From Planctomycetota bacterium (GTDB lineage Bacteria > Planctomycetota > UBA8108 > SXIK01): DNA of 64,000 bases. The notes under the pieces are model-generated. The model made no database searches. It was not told where the DNA came from and saw nothing but the letters and a program-made list of their open reading frames with translations. Where the stretch lies: contig OZ244999.1 of assembly GCA_965223265.1 (NCBI GenBank), positions 6,976,001-7,040,000 on the forward strand. Reading direction: 5' to 3'. Of the stretch, positions 48,558 through 58,878 are shown piece after piece. Numbering within the stretch: the stretch's first letter is position 1; the number at the start of each line of letters is the position of its first letter. A program made the position numbers and the translations under genes.

Positions 48558-50605
48558 TCGTTCGACGAAGACGCGCTGAAACCGGCAGCGTTTTGACACT
48601 GGTGATCGTCGTCGCCGTGAGCGTCGGATTTCTCCTCACCGTGCTCGTGCAGAAAGGCTACGTGCAGTCAAAAGACTCCCGTTTCCGCATCGAGTCAACA
48701 CGCGCGCTCTACGAAGCGTATGGGGAGCTGGAGATCGCCGAGAGCATCATCGCCGAATCTGAGTACTCCAGCGAGGGCAAGAACCTCGCGATCCAGGCCG
48801 CTCTTGCGCATCCCGAGAAACGGATTGCCGGCACCGATGTGACCGTCGCGGAGATGACCGGATCGAGCGGAACCTGGTACAGCATGACCGTCCGTGTACC
48901 GTACGCGGACCACTACGAACGTGTCGTGACGCAGCCGGTGCGAGAGATCGACTTTTTCTCCAGTTACAACCTCTTCGTTTCCGAAGACGCCGCGGGGGTC
49001 TCTGGCGCTCCAGTCGGCGCGATTCACTCGAACCGGGACGTTCAGTTCTACTTCCCCAACGGCGACTTCAAGCACTCGGTAACGGCGGTCGAAGGCCACA
49101 GCTACAAGGCCGGAGCGACCGAAGACAACACTTCGATTACGGGTCCATTCAATCCTACCGGGGAGCGCATCGAATTAGACCTGGGCAGCACTGATCGTAC
49201 GAATCTGGACCACATCGCAACCAATGCCGAAGCCGACTTCGCTTACGATGAAACGATCGACGTCGGGTTGAATTTCTACATTGTGGATGGGAAGCAGTGG
49301 GTCGAAGTCGAAAAGTGGAGCCAGCCTGCGACTAACGAGATCACAGAAGACGTCATCGTTGGCTACGACCTGGTCAATCCTCGGGAGGAGACCTACACCT
49401 ACACAGAGGAAGTCAGTGCCGGGTTCGAAACTCGGACAAGAGAGATCGAAGTTTTCGATCACTACGAGACGGTTCTGGTCGACGTCGATGAGCCCGTCTA
49501 TGTCACCGACACCCGGGTCGTGCAAGAGGCGGTTTACGTCGACGAAGTCAAGACGCGAGAGGTTCCCGTCTATCGTGATGAAGAGCGCACACGCACAGTA
49601 ACGCAGCAAGTCTGGGTGACACTTGACGGCGACGGCAGCGGCGGTGCCGGCGGCACGACGGTGGCCGGCGATGGCACGGTCGGCTACTGGGCCGAGCAGG
49701 AAGTGGAGGAGACCTATACCGTCCAAGTCGTCGACCATTACGAGACTGAGTCCTACACCGAAAAGGTGTTCAGTCACTACGAAGACGTCACCGAAACCTA
49801 CGAACGCTTTGACCACTACGTGACCGTCTCGGAGGAGCAAGAACAGCCTGTCTATCGCACGGAAACGGAGACCTACGAGGTCGAACTCTTCGAGACGGTG
49901 GAGCGCACCGGAACCGAAACCGTCTACGATGAAGAGCCGGTCTATGAGTCACAAACGCGCACCGAATACGCACCCTCCGTGCTTCTCAGCACCGAGAATC
50001 TTGCCGTTGCGGACAACGGACTGATTCATGCCTACGGCGACGTCCGCGCCGTCAGCGGCGAAGTGATCGACCGTGTCACGGTCGCCAGTCGAGGCTCGAT
50101 TCTCGTCACCGGGAATGTGATCTACAAAGATGTCGACGGCGACTCTGCATACCTCAACGGGGACAAGCCATGGCTCAGCTACGAAGCTAATGTCGACTAC
50201 GACAACCGAGCCACGCTCGGGCTCGTGGCCTACAAAGACGTTCTGTTCACGCGTGACGTACCAGACAACTTCGAAATCAACGCGAGCATGCTAGCGATCA
50301 CAGGCCGTGTCGGAGTCGACGGGATCGTCCTCGACGCCGACGGCAACGTGGCGCAGTACAACTACTTCACCGACGAGTTCGGACGTCAAGAGGTTGGTGC
50401 TACGTTCAACAAGAACTCGATCCGCCGGCTTGGCGGCATGACAACCGCAAGACGACCTGTGGAGACGGTGCTCGACGACTCCTCGATTGCTGCTGGATTC
50501 AACGTTGGTAATGCGGTGTTCGACATTGGTCTTCTTGACGGACCTCCACCGTTCTTTCTGACGTACAACTCGCCCCGTTTCTTCGCGACCACGATTGTCA
50601 AATAG
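48554..50605 (+). CDS. PilX/PulK-like minor pilin with a long E/V/T/Y-rich insert
   Basis: RRRRAETG|SVLTLVIVV (no Glu5), GAIHSN, GNVIY...LGLVA and PPPFF C-terminus. Confidence 0.75.
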   Translation: MIVRRRRAETGSVLTLVIVVAVSVGFLLTVLVQKGYVQSKDSRFRIESTRALYEAYGELEIAESIIAESEYSSEGKNLAIQAALAHPEKRIAGTDVTVAEMTGSSGTWYSMTVRVPYADHYERVVTQPVREIDFFSSYNLFVSEDAAGVSGAPVGAIHSNRDVQFYFPNGDFKHSVTAVEGHSYKAGATEDNTSITGPFNPTGERIELDLGSTDRTNLDHIATNAEADFAYDETIDVGLNFYIVDGKQWVEVEKWSQPATNEITEDVIVGYDLVNPREETYTYTEEVSAGFETRTREIEVFDHYETVLVDVDEPVYVTDTRVVQEAVYVDEVKTREVPVYRDEERTRTVTQQVWVTLDGDGSGGAGGTTVAGDGTVGYWAEQEVEETYTVQVVDHYETESYTEKVFSHYEDVTETYERFDHYVTVSEEQEQPVYRTETETYEVELFETVERTGTETVYDEEPVYESQTRTEYAPSVLLSTENLAVADNGLIHAYGDVRAVSGEVIDRVTVASRGSILVTGNVIYKDVDGDSAYLNGDKPWLSYEANVDYDNRATLGLVAYKDVLFTRDVPDNFEINASMLAITGRVGVDGIVLDADGNVAQYNYFTDEFGRQEVGATFNKNSIRRLGGMTTARRPVETVLDDSSIAAGFNVGNAVFDIGLLDGPPPFFLTYNSPRFFATTIVK

Positions 50606-50657
50606 AGGAGATTCGACGCCACGAGCGTATCGGATCACACTTCGGAGAGGAATCGAA

Positions 50658-51230
50658 TTGAGCATTTCGCAACGACAGTCAAGACAGGCAGGGTGGGGAC
50701 TCGTTGAGACCGCGATCGCCCTCGCTGTCGTGAGCGTTCTCGTCGGAACCGTTGGCGTTGTCGTACGAGTTTTGACGCACGGAACCGCCGAGGTGAGCAC
50801 GCAGCTGAACGCCCAACAAGAAAACAACCGCGCCCGTCAGTTCTTTCTTGACGACCTTCAGACCACTGACAGTCTCAATCGTGACGAATTCGGCAACCCC
50901 TACGTGCAGGTGGCAAGCGTCGGCAGCGGCACTGACAACGCGCTCGCCTTCCGCAAGGTCTCCGGCTACCAGGTCGTGCCCGGGGAGGATCGTGTCACGC
51001 CGGTCTACGGCAGCGAGGTCCGGTACTTCGTCGACTCGGACGGCAACCTCCTTCGCACGCAGGATGGCGCGACACAATTCATCGCTCGCAACGTGAACGA
51101 TCTCCGTTTTCAGGTCTCACCTAAAGGTGTCATCACGATCGACCTCTCGACCGAAGACATCAAGGGAGACTCCGCGACACGCCTGGCTACCTGCTTTCGC
51201 ATCGTGCCGCGAAACACGCAGTCGATTTAA
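50658..51230 (+). CDS. Type IV prepilin-like protein (PilW/PulJ-like)
   Basis: QAG|WGLVETAIAL; VRYFVDSDGNLLR...IARNVNDLRF; TTG start inferred. Confidence 0.78.
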   Translation: MSISQRQSRQAGWGLVETAIALAVVSVLVGTVGVVVRVLTHGTAEVSTQLNAQQENNRARQFFLDDLQTTDSLNRDEFGNPYVQVASVGSGTDNALAFRKVSGYQVVPGEDRVTPVYGSEVRYFVDSDGNLLRTQDGATQFIARNVNDLRFQVSPKGVITIDLSTEDIKGDSATRLATCFRIVPRNTQSI

Positions 51231-51299
51231 CCCGCAGCTCGACTGTAAGGGCCAAAGTCGCCACCGAGTTCGTTGCTCAGTCGTCGCCTAAGATTCTTC

Positions 51300-52817
51300 T
51301 CAGGCGACGACTTCTTTTAGGACGCGCCCGTGGACGTCTGTCAATCGATCCTCACGCCCCTGGTGGAGATACGTGAGGCGCTCGTGATCGATACCGAGGA
51401 GGTGCAGAATCGTTGCGTGAAGGTCATGCACGTGCACCTTGTCAACTGCGGCGCCGAATCCCAGGTCGTCCGTCGCACCGTACGTCGTTCCGCCACGCAC
51501 ACCGCCGCCGGCGAGCCACATGCTGAAACCGTACGGATTGTGGTTTCTGCCGATCTTCCCGATCCCTTCGCTGAACGGCATACGCCCAAACTCTCCGCCC
51601 CAGAGGACGAGAGTAGTATCGAGGAGCCCCCGCTGCTCGAGATCCGTGAGCAAGGCCGCAATCGGCTGATCGACTTCGGCACCGTGCTGGCCATGGTTCG
51701 TCTCGACGCTCTGGTGCGCGTCCCAGGTGTCTTCCAGATGGCCCCCGCCCGAGTAAAGCTGAACGAACCGTACCCCACGCTCAACAAGCCGACGGGCGAT
51801 CAGACAGTTTCGACCGAACTCGTCCGTCGGCTGCTTGCCGACGCCGTACATCTCGAGTGTGCGCGCGTTCTCACGCGTCAAGTCCACAGCCTCCGGTGCC
51901 TCCGATTGCATCCGAAAGGCGAGCTCGAACGTTTGGATGCGCGCAGCCAGCTCTTGCCCCTGCGGCCTCAGGCGCAGGTGTTCCTCGTTGATCTGAGCGA
52001 GCAGATCGAGCTGACGACGCTGCGCCGTGCGGTCGATGTGTCGAGGGCCTCGCAAGTCCAAAATCGGATCACCGACCGGACGGAAGAGCGTCCCCTGAAA
52101 GGTGCTCGGCATGAAACCGCTCGACCAATTCGGCTGGCCGGTGATCGGTCCACCGCGTTTGTCGAGCATGACGACATAGCCCGGCAAATTAGTGTTCTCG
52201 GTTCCGAGTCCGTACACTGCCCAACTCCCGAGCGATGGACGCCCGATGAACGGCTTACCCGTATTCATGCTGACAAGCGCCGATCCGTGAGCATGGCTGT
52301 CGGTGTAGCAAGATTTGATCACGGCCAACTTGTCCGCGTGCCGGCGGACATTCGGAAAATAGTCCGAGATCATGAGTCCACTGTTGCCGCCCGGGTGAAA
52401 CGGCCGCACCGCAGGCGTCAGGTAGCCGATCTTGCGACCGCCGGAGTTGATGAACTCGATGTCCTTTGGCAGAGTCTGGCCGGCGTATCTCTCGAGTTCT
52501 GGCTTGTAATCGAACGTGTCGATGTGGCTAGGGCCACCGTTCATCATCAGAAAGATGCAGCTCTTCGCTCCACCGGCGCGGTGAGGCGTTTTGGGTGCCA
52601 GCGGGTTTGCTGCCGCGCTGTCCGATTCGGTGGCGTGGAGCGACGACGGAAAGAAACTCGCCCCGAGAAGGTCGGCGAGCGCGAGTGCCGCGAATCCCCC
52701 TCCCATCTCCCAGACGAATTCACGGCGAGTCAAACCGCAGGGAAACCAACGTCGTCCCTGAGGCGTCTGGGCATGAGACTCTGGTACGGTGCGGCTTTCG
52801 ATCATGACGGCTTCCAT
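51300..52817 (-). CDS. DUF1501 domain protein (Tat-like N-terminus)
   Basis: TRREF, GGPSHIDTFDYKP, LVERGVRFVQ, GEFGRMP and HDLHATILHLLG. Confidence 0.93.
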   Translation of the reverse strand: MEAVMIESRTVPESHAQTPQGRRWFPCGLTRREFVWEMGGGFAALALADLLGASFFPSSLHATESDSAAANPLAPKTPHRAGGAKSCIFLMMNGGPSHIDTFDYKPELERYAGQTLPKDIEFINSGGRKIGYLTPAVRPFHPGGNSGLMISDYFPNVRRHADKLAVIKSCYTDSHAHGSALVSMNTGKPFIGRPSLGSWAVYGLGTENTNLPGYVVMLDKRGGPITGQPNWSSGFMPSTFQGTLFRPVGDPILDLRGPRHIDRTAQRRQLDLLAQINEEHLRLRPQGQELAARIQTFELAFRMQSEAPEAVDLTRENARTLEMYGVGKQPTDEFGRNCLIARRLVERGVRFVQLYSGGGHLEDTWDAHQSVETNHGQHGAEVDQPIAALLTDLEQRGLLDTTLVLWGGEFGRMPFSEGIGKIGRNHNPYGFSMWLAGGGVRGGTTYGATDDLGFGAAVDKVHVHDLHATILHLLGIDHERLTYLHQGREDRLTDVHGRVLKEVVA

Positions 52818-52855
52818 CGCCTCTCAAATCTTCGCATCACGGTTCACCGTGTCGG

Positions 52856-55819
52856 TCAGTCAACGTAGACGAACTCGTTGGCGTTCAAAAGAACGTGACA
52901 AAGCGACGCCACGGCGAGGAACTCGGGCTCACGCGCCGTTTCTTGCAAGCGATACTGCGCATTCAGGTAGTTCCAAACCGCCTCTCTCTCACTGTCGTTG
53001 AGTTGACGGTTGTAGACGAGGATCTCGCCGATATCGCCGTGCCAGTACTCACCGTCCAGCGCGCCCTGTCTGCCGATGACATATTCACCTTCCAGGTTTC
53101 GTTTTGCGAGCATCGCTCCCTTCTGCACGAGCAAGCGGTCATTCTGAAAGAGGAGCGCATCCCGCTCACCGCTGATCGCTGTGATCAGCGACGCTCGCTG
53201 CGGTGAGAGCAACTCTCCTACTCCGGCAAAATCGTCGCTGAATCGAAGCTGGCCGAATCCCGTTGTGCCGACGAAGAACGACGTCACGGAGTTCTGAGGG
53301 CTCCAGTTCGAAATCACCTCCCTGTGGCCTGTCGTGCCGCTATCCGTCACGACAGCAAAGACGCTGCAGCGCTGCGCACTAAGAAGACGCCCGCGCAGTC
53401 GGAGGAAGCGACCGCGGCCGTCGAATCGCACCACCGCTCGCCCATTGATGCCAGACTTGACATAGAGGGGGCGCCGCGACACTTCGCTCTGCGCGGCACT
53501 GAAACCACCGCCTGAACGACTCGCCCAGCCGCCGACACGGCCGGAGGCGTCGACTTCGATGCCTTCATCCGCTCGCAGCCAGAGCGCGAGTCCGTCCCGA
53601 ACGGTCAATTCACTCGGAGGTTTCCGTGCCCGTCGCGCCGCGGCCGCCGCGAAGTGCGCTGTCTGTTCTCGCATGTGCTCGACCGCCCCGGCGCGCTCGA
53701 CCTCCGTGGGCGTACGAGCAAACGCGAGCTGCCATGCGCGTTCGGCGATGGCGGCGGGCTCTGCGTCGACCTCGGCGAGGATGCGCGTTGCCATCGCTTC
53801 GCTGCGGCCATGCACGAAATGGTTGTTCAAGAGTGCGAGGGCCTGAGGCGCCACGGTGGAAATATCACGCTTGGCGCAGGACGTCGTGGTGTCGCAAAAG
53901 TCGAACGTGGTCATCAGCGGCGGCAGCAGAGAACGCTTGGTGAAGATATAGATGCTGCGACGACGGCGCTCCTCCGCCGGCGACGCTCCCCACGTGGCGC
54001 CACGTCGCGACAACCCGACGAGTGCTTCATGGCTGATCCGAGGGAAAAAACTCGGCCCACCCACTTCGAGGCGTAGCTCGCCGCTGACGCTAAGCATGCT
54101 GTCGCGCATCGCTTCGGCATCGAGCCGTCTGCGTGGAGCCCGCCAAAGAAGCCGATTCGCCGCGTCGATGTCGTTCAGCCGCGCGGCATCGGGATGAAGC
54201 GATGACTGTTTGTACGTGCTGGAGAGCATGATCAAACGATGGAGGTGCTTGAGTCTCCAGCCGCCAGCAATGAATTCGGACGCCAGCCAATCGAGAAGCT
54301 TAGGATGCGTCGGAGGTTCGCCCTTGAAGCCGAAGTTGTTCGGCGACGCCACGATGCCGCGTCCGAAGTGATGCTGCCAAATGCGGTTGACCATAACGCG
54401 CGCCGTCAGCGGGTTGCGCTCGTCGACAATCCAGCGCGCCAGTTGCAATCGCCGCTCTGTCGTCGTGGCATCCGCCGCCGGCGGGTCGAACGCCGCACGC
54501 AGGGTCCTCACCATGGTCGGTGCTGCGGGGTCGACGGGATCTAGAGGTCGACTCGGGTCCCCTTTCTTAAGGAGCGCGAGAGGGTCGACCTCGCGGCCGC
54601 GGTCTGTCCAACCGAGCGCTTTAAAGCCTAGCTGCTCGAAGTCTGGCCCGCCCATGAGCTTGCCGCCCTCGATGTAGCCGGCCCAGAAGATGCTCGCCAT
54701 GCTGTAGTAGTCTTGCTGGGGAATCGGATCGAACTTGTGATCGTGACAGCGCGCGCATTTAACGGTGTAAGCCAAGAAAGTCGAGCTCGTCGTGTGGACA
54801 AGATCTTCGAGGCGTTCGTAGCGATACTCCTTGCGGTCGTTCGGCTCATCGTCCCAGGTCGCCAGCCGCATGAAGCCCGTCGCGACGACAGTGTCAAACG
54901 AGCGATCGGGAAGCTCGTCGCCGGCGAGCTGCTCAAGGACAAACCGGTCGTACGGTTTGTCGTCATTCAACGAACGCACGACGTAATCGCGGTAGCGCCA
55001 CGCGAACGGCTTGGTGGCGTCGCGCTCGTAGCCGTTCGTCTCGGCGAAACGCACCAGATCGAGCCAGTAGCGCGCCCAGCGCTCACCATACTGCGGCGAT
55101 GCGAGAAGACGATCGATGAGACGCGCGTAGGCATCCGGCGACTCGTCCCTCTCGAACGCGAGGACATCGTCGATCGTCGGTGGCAAACCGATCAGGTCGA
55201 AGTAGGCGCGTCGTATGAGCGTGCGGCGATCTGCGGGCGGCGCGAGTGTCATCCCCTCGGCCTCCAGTCGCGCCAGGATAAACGCATCAGGCGATTGGTC
55301 GATGCGGCCGGCTGCGGCAACAGTGGGCAGCGCTGGACGACTGACCGGTTGAAGCGACCACCAGTCGCGCCCGCTGCGCGCCGCGGTCGTGAACTCGTAC
55401 GGACTCACCGTTCGACCTGTCGGCCACGCGGCGCCCGCCGCGATCCAGCTCTTGAGCGCGTCGATCTCGTCTTTCGTCAGAGACTCGATCGCTTCATCTT
55501 CCGGCGGCGGCATCTCGCCCTTCGCGACGCGGTCGACGAGCAGACTCTTGTCGGCGTCGCCTGGCACGATCGCAGCGCCTGAATCACCACCACGTAGAGA
55601 GCTGGATGCCGACGACAGATCGAGGCCCCCCTTTTCCTCGGCCGTGCTGTGACAACCGAGGCAGCGCTGGGCAAGAATCGGGACGATTCGCGACTCGAAG
55701 TACTCCGGCGACGCAGCACTCTCCACTGTCTCCGCGGCGGCGGGGGCGTCGAAAAACACTATCGAAAGAACACCGAGTAGTAAGGCTGCTCGACTCGATG
55801 AGTAACGCACCGCTTTCAC
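52856..55819 (-). CDS. Planctomycete cytochrome c + DUF1549/DUF1553 protein with LamG-like insert
   Basis: CLGCH, YGERWARYWLD, CARCHDHKFDP, ARVMVNRIWQHHFG, LALWLRAD and NEFVYVD. Confidence 0.93.
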   Translation of the reverse strand: MKAVRYSSSRAALLLGVLSIVFFDAPAAAETVESAASPEYFESRIVPILAQRCLGCHSTAEEKGGLDLSSASSSLRGGDSGAAIVPGDADKSLLVDRVAKGEMPPPEDEAIESLTKDEIDALKSWIAAGAAWPTGRTVSPYEFTTAARSGRDWWSLQPVSRPALPTVAAAGRIDQSPDAFILARLEAEGMTLAPPADRRTLIRRAYFDLIGLPPTIDDVLAFERDESPDAYARLIDRLLASPQYGERWARYWLDLVRFAETNGYERDATKPFAWRYRDYVVRSLNDDKPYDRFVLEQLAGDELPDRSFDTVVATGFMRLATWDDEPNDRKEYRYERLEDLVHTTSSTFLAYTVKCARCHDHKFDPIPQQDYYSMASIFWAGYIEGGKLMGGPDFEQLGFKALGWTDRGREVDPLALLKKGDPSRPLDPVDPAAPTMVRTLRAAFDPPAADATTTERRLQLARWIVDERNPLTARVMVNRIWQHHFGRGIVASPNNFGFKGEPPTHPKLLDWLASEFIAGGWRLKHLHRLIMLSSTYKQSSLHPDAARLNDIDAANRLLWRAPRRRLDAEAMRDSMLSVSGELRLEVGGPSFFPRISHEALVGLSRRGATWGASPAEERRRRSIYIFTKRSLLPPLMTTFDFCDTTTSCAKRDISTVAPQALALLNNHFVHGRSEAMATRILAEVDAEPAAIAERAWQLAFARTPTEVERAGAVEHMREQTAHFAAAAARRARKPPSELTVRDGLALWLRADEGIEVDASGRVGGWASRSGGGFSAAQSEVSRRPLYVKSGINGRAVVRFDGRGRFLRLRGRLLSAQRCSVFAVVTDSGTTGHREVISNWSPQNSVTSFFVGTTGFGQLRFSDDFAGVGELLSPQRASLITAISGERDALLFQNDRLLVQKGAMLAKRNLEGEYVIGRQGALDGEYWHGDIGEILVYNRQLNDSEREAVWNYLNAQYRLQETAREPEFLAVASLCHVLLNANEFVYVD

Positions 55820-56017
55820 CCTCCACAGGAGACTTCGCGAACACAGATCCGCGACAGGCTCAGTTCACCTATAGGATTGTGCTGCTAGGGTCAACTGTTC
55901 CGCTCGCCGGTTCTTCCCCCTATGCTATGGGAAAATCGTACGGCTGCGCCACCGACAAGTGATCTATCGGTTGCCTCCAGGAGTCAGACGGACGCACGAC
56001 CATCGCCGGAACAGAGC

Positions 56018-56587
56018 ATGAAATACTGCGGTCACTGCACGCACGAACTCTCCTTTGAGGTGCCGCCGGATGACGACCGACCGCGGCATTGTTGTCGCAA
56101 GTGCGGTGCGGTGTTCTACGACAATCCAAAGGTGATCGTCGGTTGTTTGCCGCGGTGGGAGAACCAGGTGCTCCTGTGCCGGCGGGCGATCGAGCCGCGG
56201 CGTGGCTATTGGACTCTGCCGGCGGGGTTCATGGAGCTGGGTGAGACCGTCGAGGAAGGTGCGGCGCGTGAGACCTTTGAGGAGGCTCGGGCGAACGTTT
56301 CGATCGTCGGCCTTCACAGCGTCGTCAGCCTGCCCTACATCAGCCAGGTCTACATGATCTTCCTCGCCGATCTCGTTGATCTGAACTTCGCGGCCGGACC
56401 GGAGAGCCTGGAGGTGCGTTTGTTCACGGAGGCAGACGTACCGCATGACGAGATCGCTTTCAGGACTGTTAAGTTCGCGCTTGAACGTTTCTACTCCTCT
56501 CCTCCGAGCGCTACGCTCGTGCCTCACTTCGGCACGTTCGAACGTCGGCCGGACGACTCCGGTGCCAGCAGCCGTGACCAGGGGTAA
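56018..56587 (+). CDS. NUDIX hydrolase with N-terminal zinc ribbon
   Basis: MKYCGHC...CRKCG; Nudix box GFMELGETVEEGAARETFEEA. Confidence 0.92.
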   Translation: MKYCGHCTHELSFEVPPDDDRPRHCCRKCGAVFYDNPKVIVGCLPRWENQVLLCRRAIEPRRGYWTLPAGFMELGETVEEGAARETFEEARANVSIVGLHSVVSLPYISQVYMIFLADLVDLNFAAGPESLEVRLFTEADVPHDEIAFRTVKFALERFYSSPPSATLVPHFGTFERRPDDSGASSRDQG

Positions 56588-56591
56588 AACG

Positions 56592-57809
56592 ATGGCTGAC
56601 GAGACCAAAGGCACCGCCGAGGCTGCAGCAACCAACCTGGCGCGCGATGTCACCGCTGCGAAACGCCTCTCGTCGCTCGACGCCTACCGCGGTTTCGTCA
56701 TGCTGGCCATGGTTTCGGGAGGACTCGGCTTCGGCGCGGTCGCTCGCAAGTTGCCCGACAGCACCCTTTGGCAATTCCTCGCCCACCAGGTCAGCCATGT
56801 CGAATGGCTCGGCTGCACCTTTTGGGACCTCATCCAGCCGTCGTTCATATTCATGGTCGGCGTTGCCATGCCCTTCTCGCACGCCAGCCGCCTGGCGCGA
56901 GGCCAAAGTCGAACGCGCCTGCATCTCCACGCCGTCTTTCGCGCCATCGTTCTCGTCTCACTTGGCATCTTCCTGCGCTCGAACGGCAGGCAGTTCACCA
57001 ACTTCACCTTCGAAGACGTCGTGACGCAAATTGGTCTCGGCTATCTCGTCGTCCACTTTCTGGTCGGCCACGGCATCAAAGTGCAAGCGCTCGCGCTTGG
57101 CATCATCTTGGGCGGCTACTGGCTCGCTTTCCTTCTCTATCCGCTCCCCGCGGCTGGTTTCGACTACGCGGCTGTCGGCGTCGGCAGCGATTGGAAACAC
57201 CTCGAAGGCTTTTTTGCGCACTGGGACAAAAACTCCAACCTCGCTGCCGCCTTTGACCAGTGGTTTTTGAATCTCTTCCCGCGGCCTCAGGAATTCGTCT
57301 ACAACGGCGGTGGCTACCAGACCCTCAGCTTCGTGCCGTCGATGGCGACGATGATCTTCGGGCTCCTCAGCGGCGAGCTACTGCGCGGCGCACGCCTACC
57401 AGGCGCCAAGGCTGCGCGCCTCCTGGTCGGCGGCGCAGCCTGCCTGCTCCTCGGGGAGATCCTTGGCCACACGGTGTGCCCGGTGGTCAAGCGCATCTGG
57501 ACGCCGTCGTGGGCCGTCTACTCGACGGGGTGGACGCTGCTTCTCCTCGCCGCATTTTACGTCGTCATCGAGATCTGGGGCTGGCGCCGCTGGGCATTCC
57601 CCTTCGTCGTCGTCGGCATGAACTCCATCGCCATGTACTGCATGGCGCAGCTGTCAAAGGGGTGGGTGATCAAGACGATGAAAACGCACTTCGGGCCCGA
57701 CACGTTCAGCGGCCTCTATGGCCCGATCGTGCAGTCGGTGGCCGCGCTTCTCGCTTTGTGGCTCGTTTGCCTGTGGCTCTATAGGCGGCGGATCTTTCTG
57801 CGCATTTGA
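56592..57809 (+). CDS. HGSNAT/NagX-like membrane acyltransferase (DUF5009-type)
   Basis: RLSSLDAYRG, DLIQPSFIFMVG, PVVKRIWTPSW and VGMNSIAMY. Confidence 0.87.
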   Translation: MADETKGTAEAAATNLARDVTAAKRLSSLDAYRGFVMLAMVSGGLGFGAVARKLPDSTLWQFLAHQVSHVEWLGCTFWDLIQPSFIFMVGVAMPFSHASRLARGQSRTRLHLHAVFRAIVLVSLGIFLRSNGRQFTNFTFEDVVTQIGLGYLVVHFLVGHGIKVQALALGIILGGYWLAFLLYPLPAAGFDYAAVGVGSDWKHLEGFFAHWDKNSNLAAAFDQWFLNLFPRPQEFVYNGGGYQTLSFVPSMATMIFGLLSGELLRGARLPGAKAARLLVGGAACLLLGEILGHTVCPVVKRIWTPSWAVYSTGWTLLLLAAFYVVIEIWGWRRWAFPFVVVGMNSIAMYCMAQLSKGWVIKTMKTHFGPDTFSGLYGPIVQSVAALLALWLVCLWLYRRRIFLRI

Positions 57810-57836
57810 GCCGGGCGTCGTCAGCCGCAGCGGCCG

Positions 57837-58604
57837 CTACTCCTCGCGGATGTTGTTCTTCAACCGGCCCTCGTCGAGGCCTTCGAGGAGGAAGCCGTTG
57901 TCGTGGATGTGCTGCCACGCAGACAGCAGGCTCGACTTGCCGCTCGACGTTGGCTCGTGGCTGTAGGCGGAGCCTTCGCGGATGACGACGGGCGTCTTGG
58001 CGTCGCGCGGGCAGCCGAAGGCGTGGAGATGCTTTCGATGCATAACGAACTTCGGGTCGCCCGGTCGCAGGCAGCGATACTCGGTGAGCTGATCGTAGGT
58101 GTGCTCGCGTCCACGGGGTAAAACGATGTCGCTCGGGCGCTTCTCGCCGCGCGGCATCGGTTGCGTTTGGATGAGGCCCTTGGTCGAGACTTCGAGCCGC
58201 TCATCGTCGATGATCTCTGGAGCGTAGTAGAGCTGCATCTCGCCGAGAACGACTTCGTAGAACTCCGTCTTGCGCCAATGCAGGTGGGGGCTGCAGAACT
58301 TGCCCGGGTGGACGATCATGAGCTTGTCGCAGAGACCGCCGAACTGGGCCCATTCAAGGTCGCCCTCTGGCAACCCCTCAATGGCCGGCTCGTTGAGCGC
58401 CTGGAAGATCGCGAACACCTCGTACGGCTCACGCGACCACATGCCACCCACAAACGCCTCGTACTGATCGTCGCCGAAGACGAGACCGGTGTTGTCGTTG
58501 ATCATGTCATCCTGCACCGGGTAGTCGCAGGCGATCGCCAGCGCCGTGCACTCGGAGATCCAGGCGTCGTATTCTCTGCGGGTGACGTAGTTTCGTGTGG
58601 CCAC
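57837..58604 (-). CDS. Cupin sugar isomerase, D-lyxose/D-mannose isomerase-like
   Basis: CDKLMIV...CSPHLHWRKTE metal motif, HAF and DN near the C-terminus. Confidence 0.65.
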   Translation of the reverse strand: MATRNYVTRREYDAWISECTALAIACDYPVQDDMINDNTGLVFGDDQYEAFVGGMWSREPYEVFAIFQALNEPAIEGLPEGDLEWAQFGGLCDKLMIVHPGKFCSPHLHWRKTEFYEVVLGEMQLYYAPEIIDDERLEVSTKGLIQTQPMPRGEKRPSDIVLPRGREHTYDQLTEYRCLRPGDPKFVMHRKHLHAFGCPRDAKTPVVIREGSAYSHEPTSSGKSSLLSAWQHIHDNGFLLEGLDEGRLKNNIREE

Positions 58605-58878
58605 TCTGGTTGTCCTCTCTGTGCGAGTTCGTTGGCGCGATTGCGCCGCCGAGTGCGGGCGCTCTCGCGGTGTTCAGCAACTGCCGCCGGGGCTCCACTT
58701 TCTCGGCTGCGCTGGCAGTTTTCCAGTAAAAAGGTGCGCCCCGAGCTCTCGATGGTGACAGCTCGGCGCGGCGGCCCAAAGCGTGAAACTTTTCGTCGCA
58801 GAGCTGTACTCGTCGCGCCACTGCGTGTTAGGATCACGCCGATTTCGATTCTGCGACAAGACCCGAGAGAGAGCCTCA

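Noticed and set aside
51330-52868. 512-aa plus-strand ORF
   Set aside because: Antisense shadow of the DUF1501 gene, expected from high-GC codon bias
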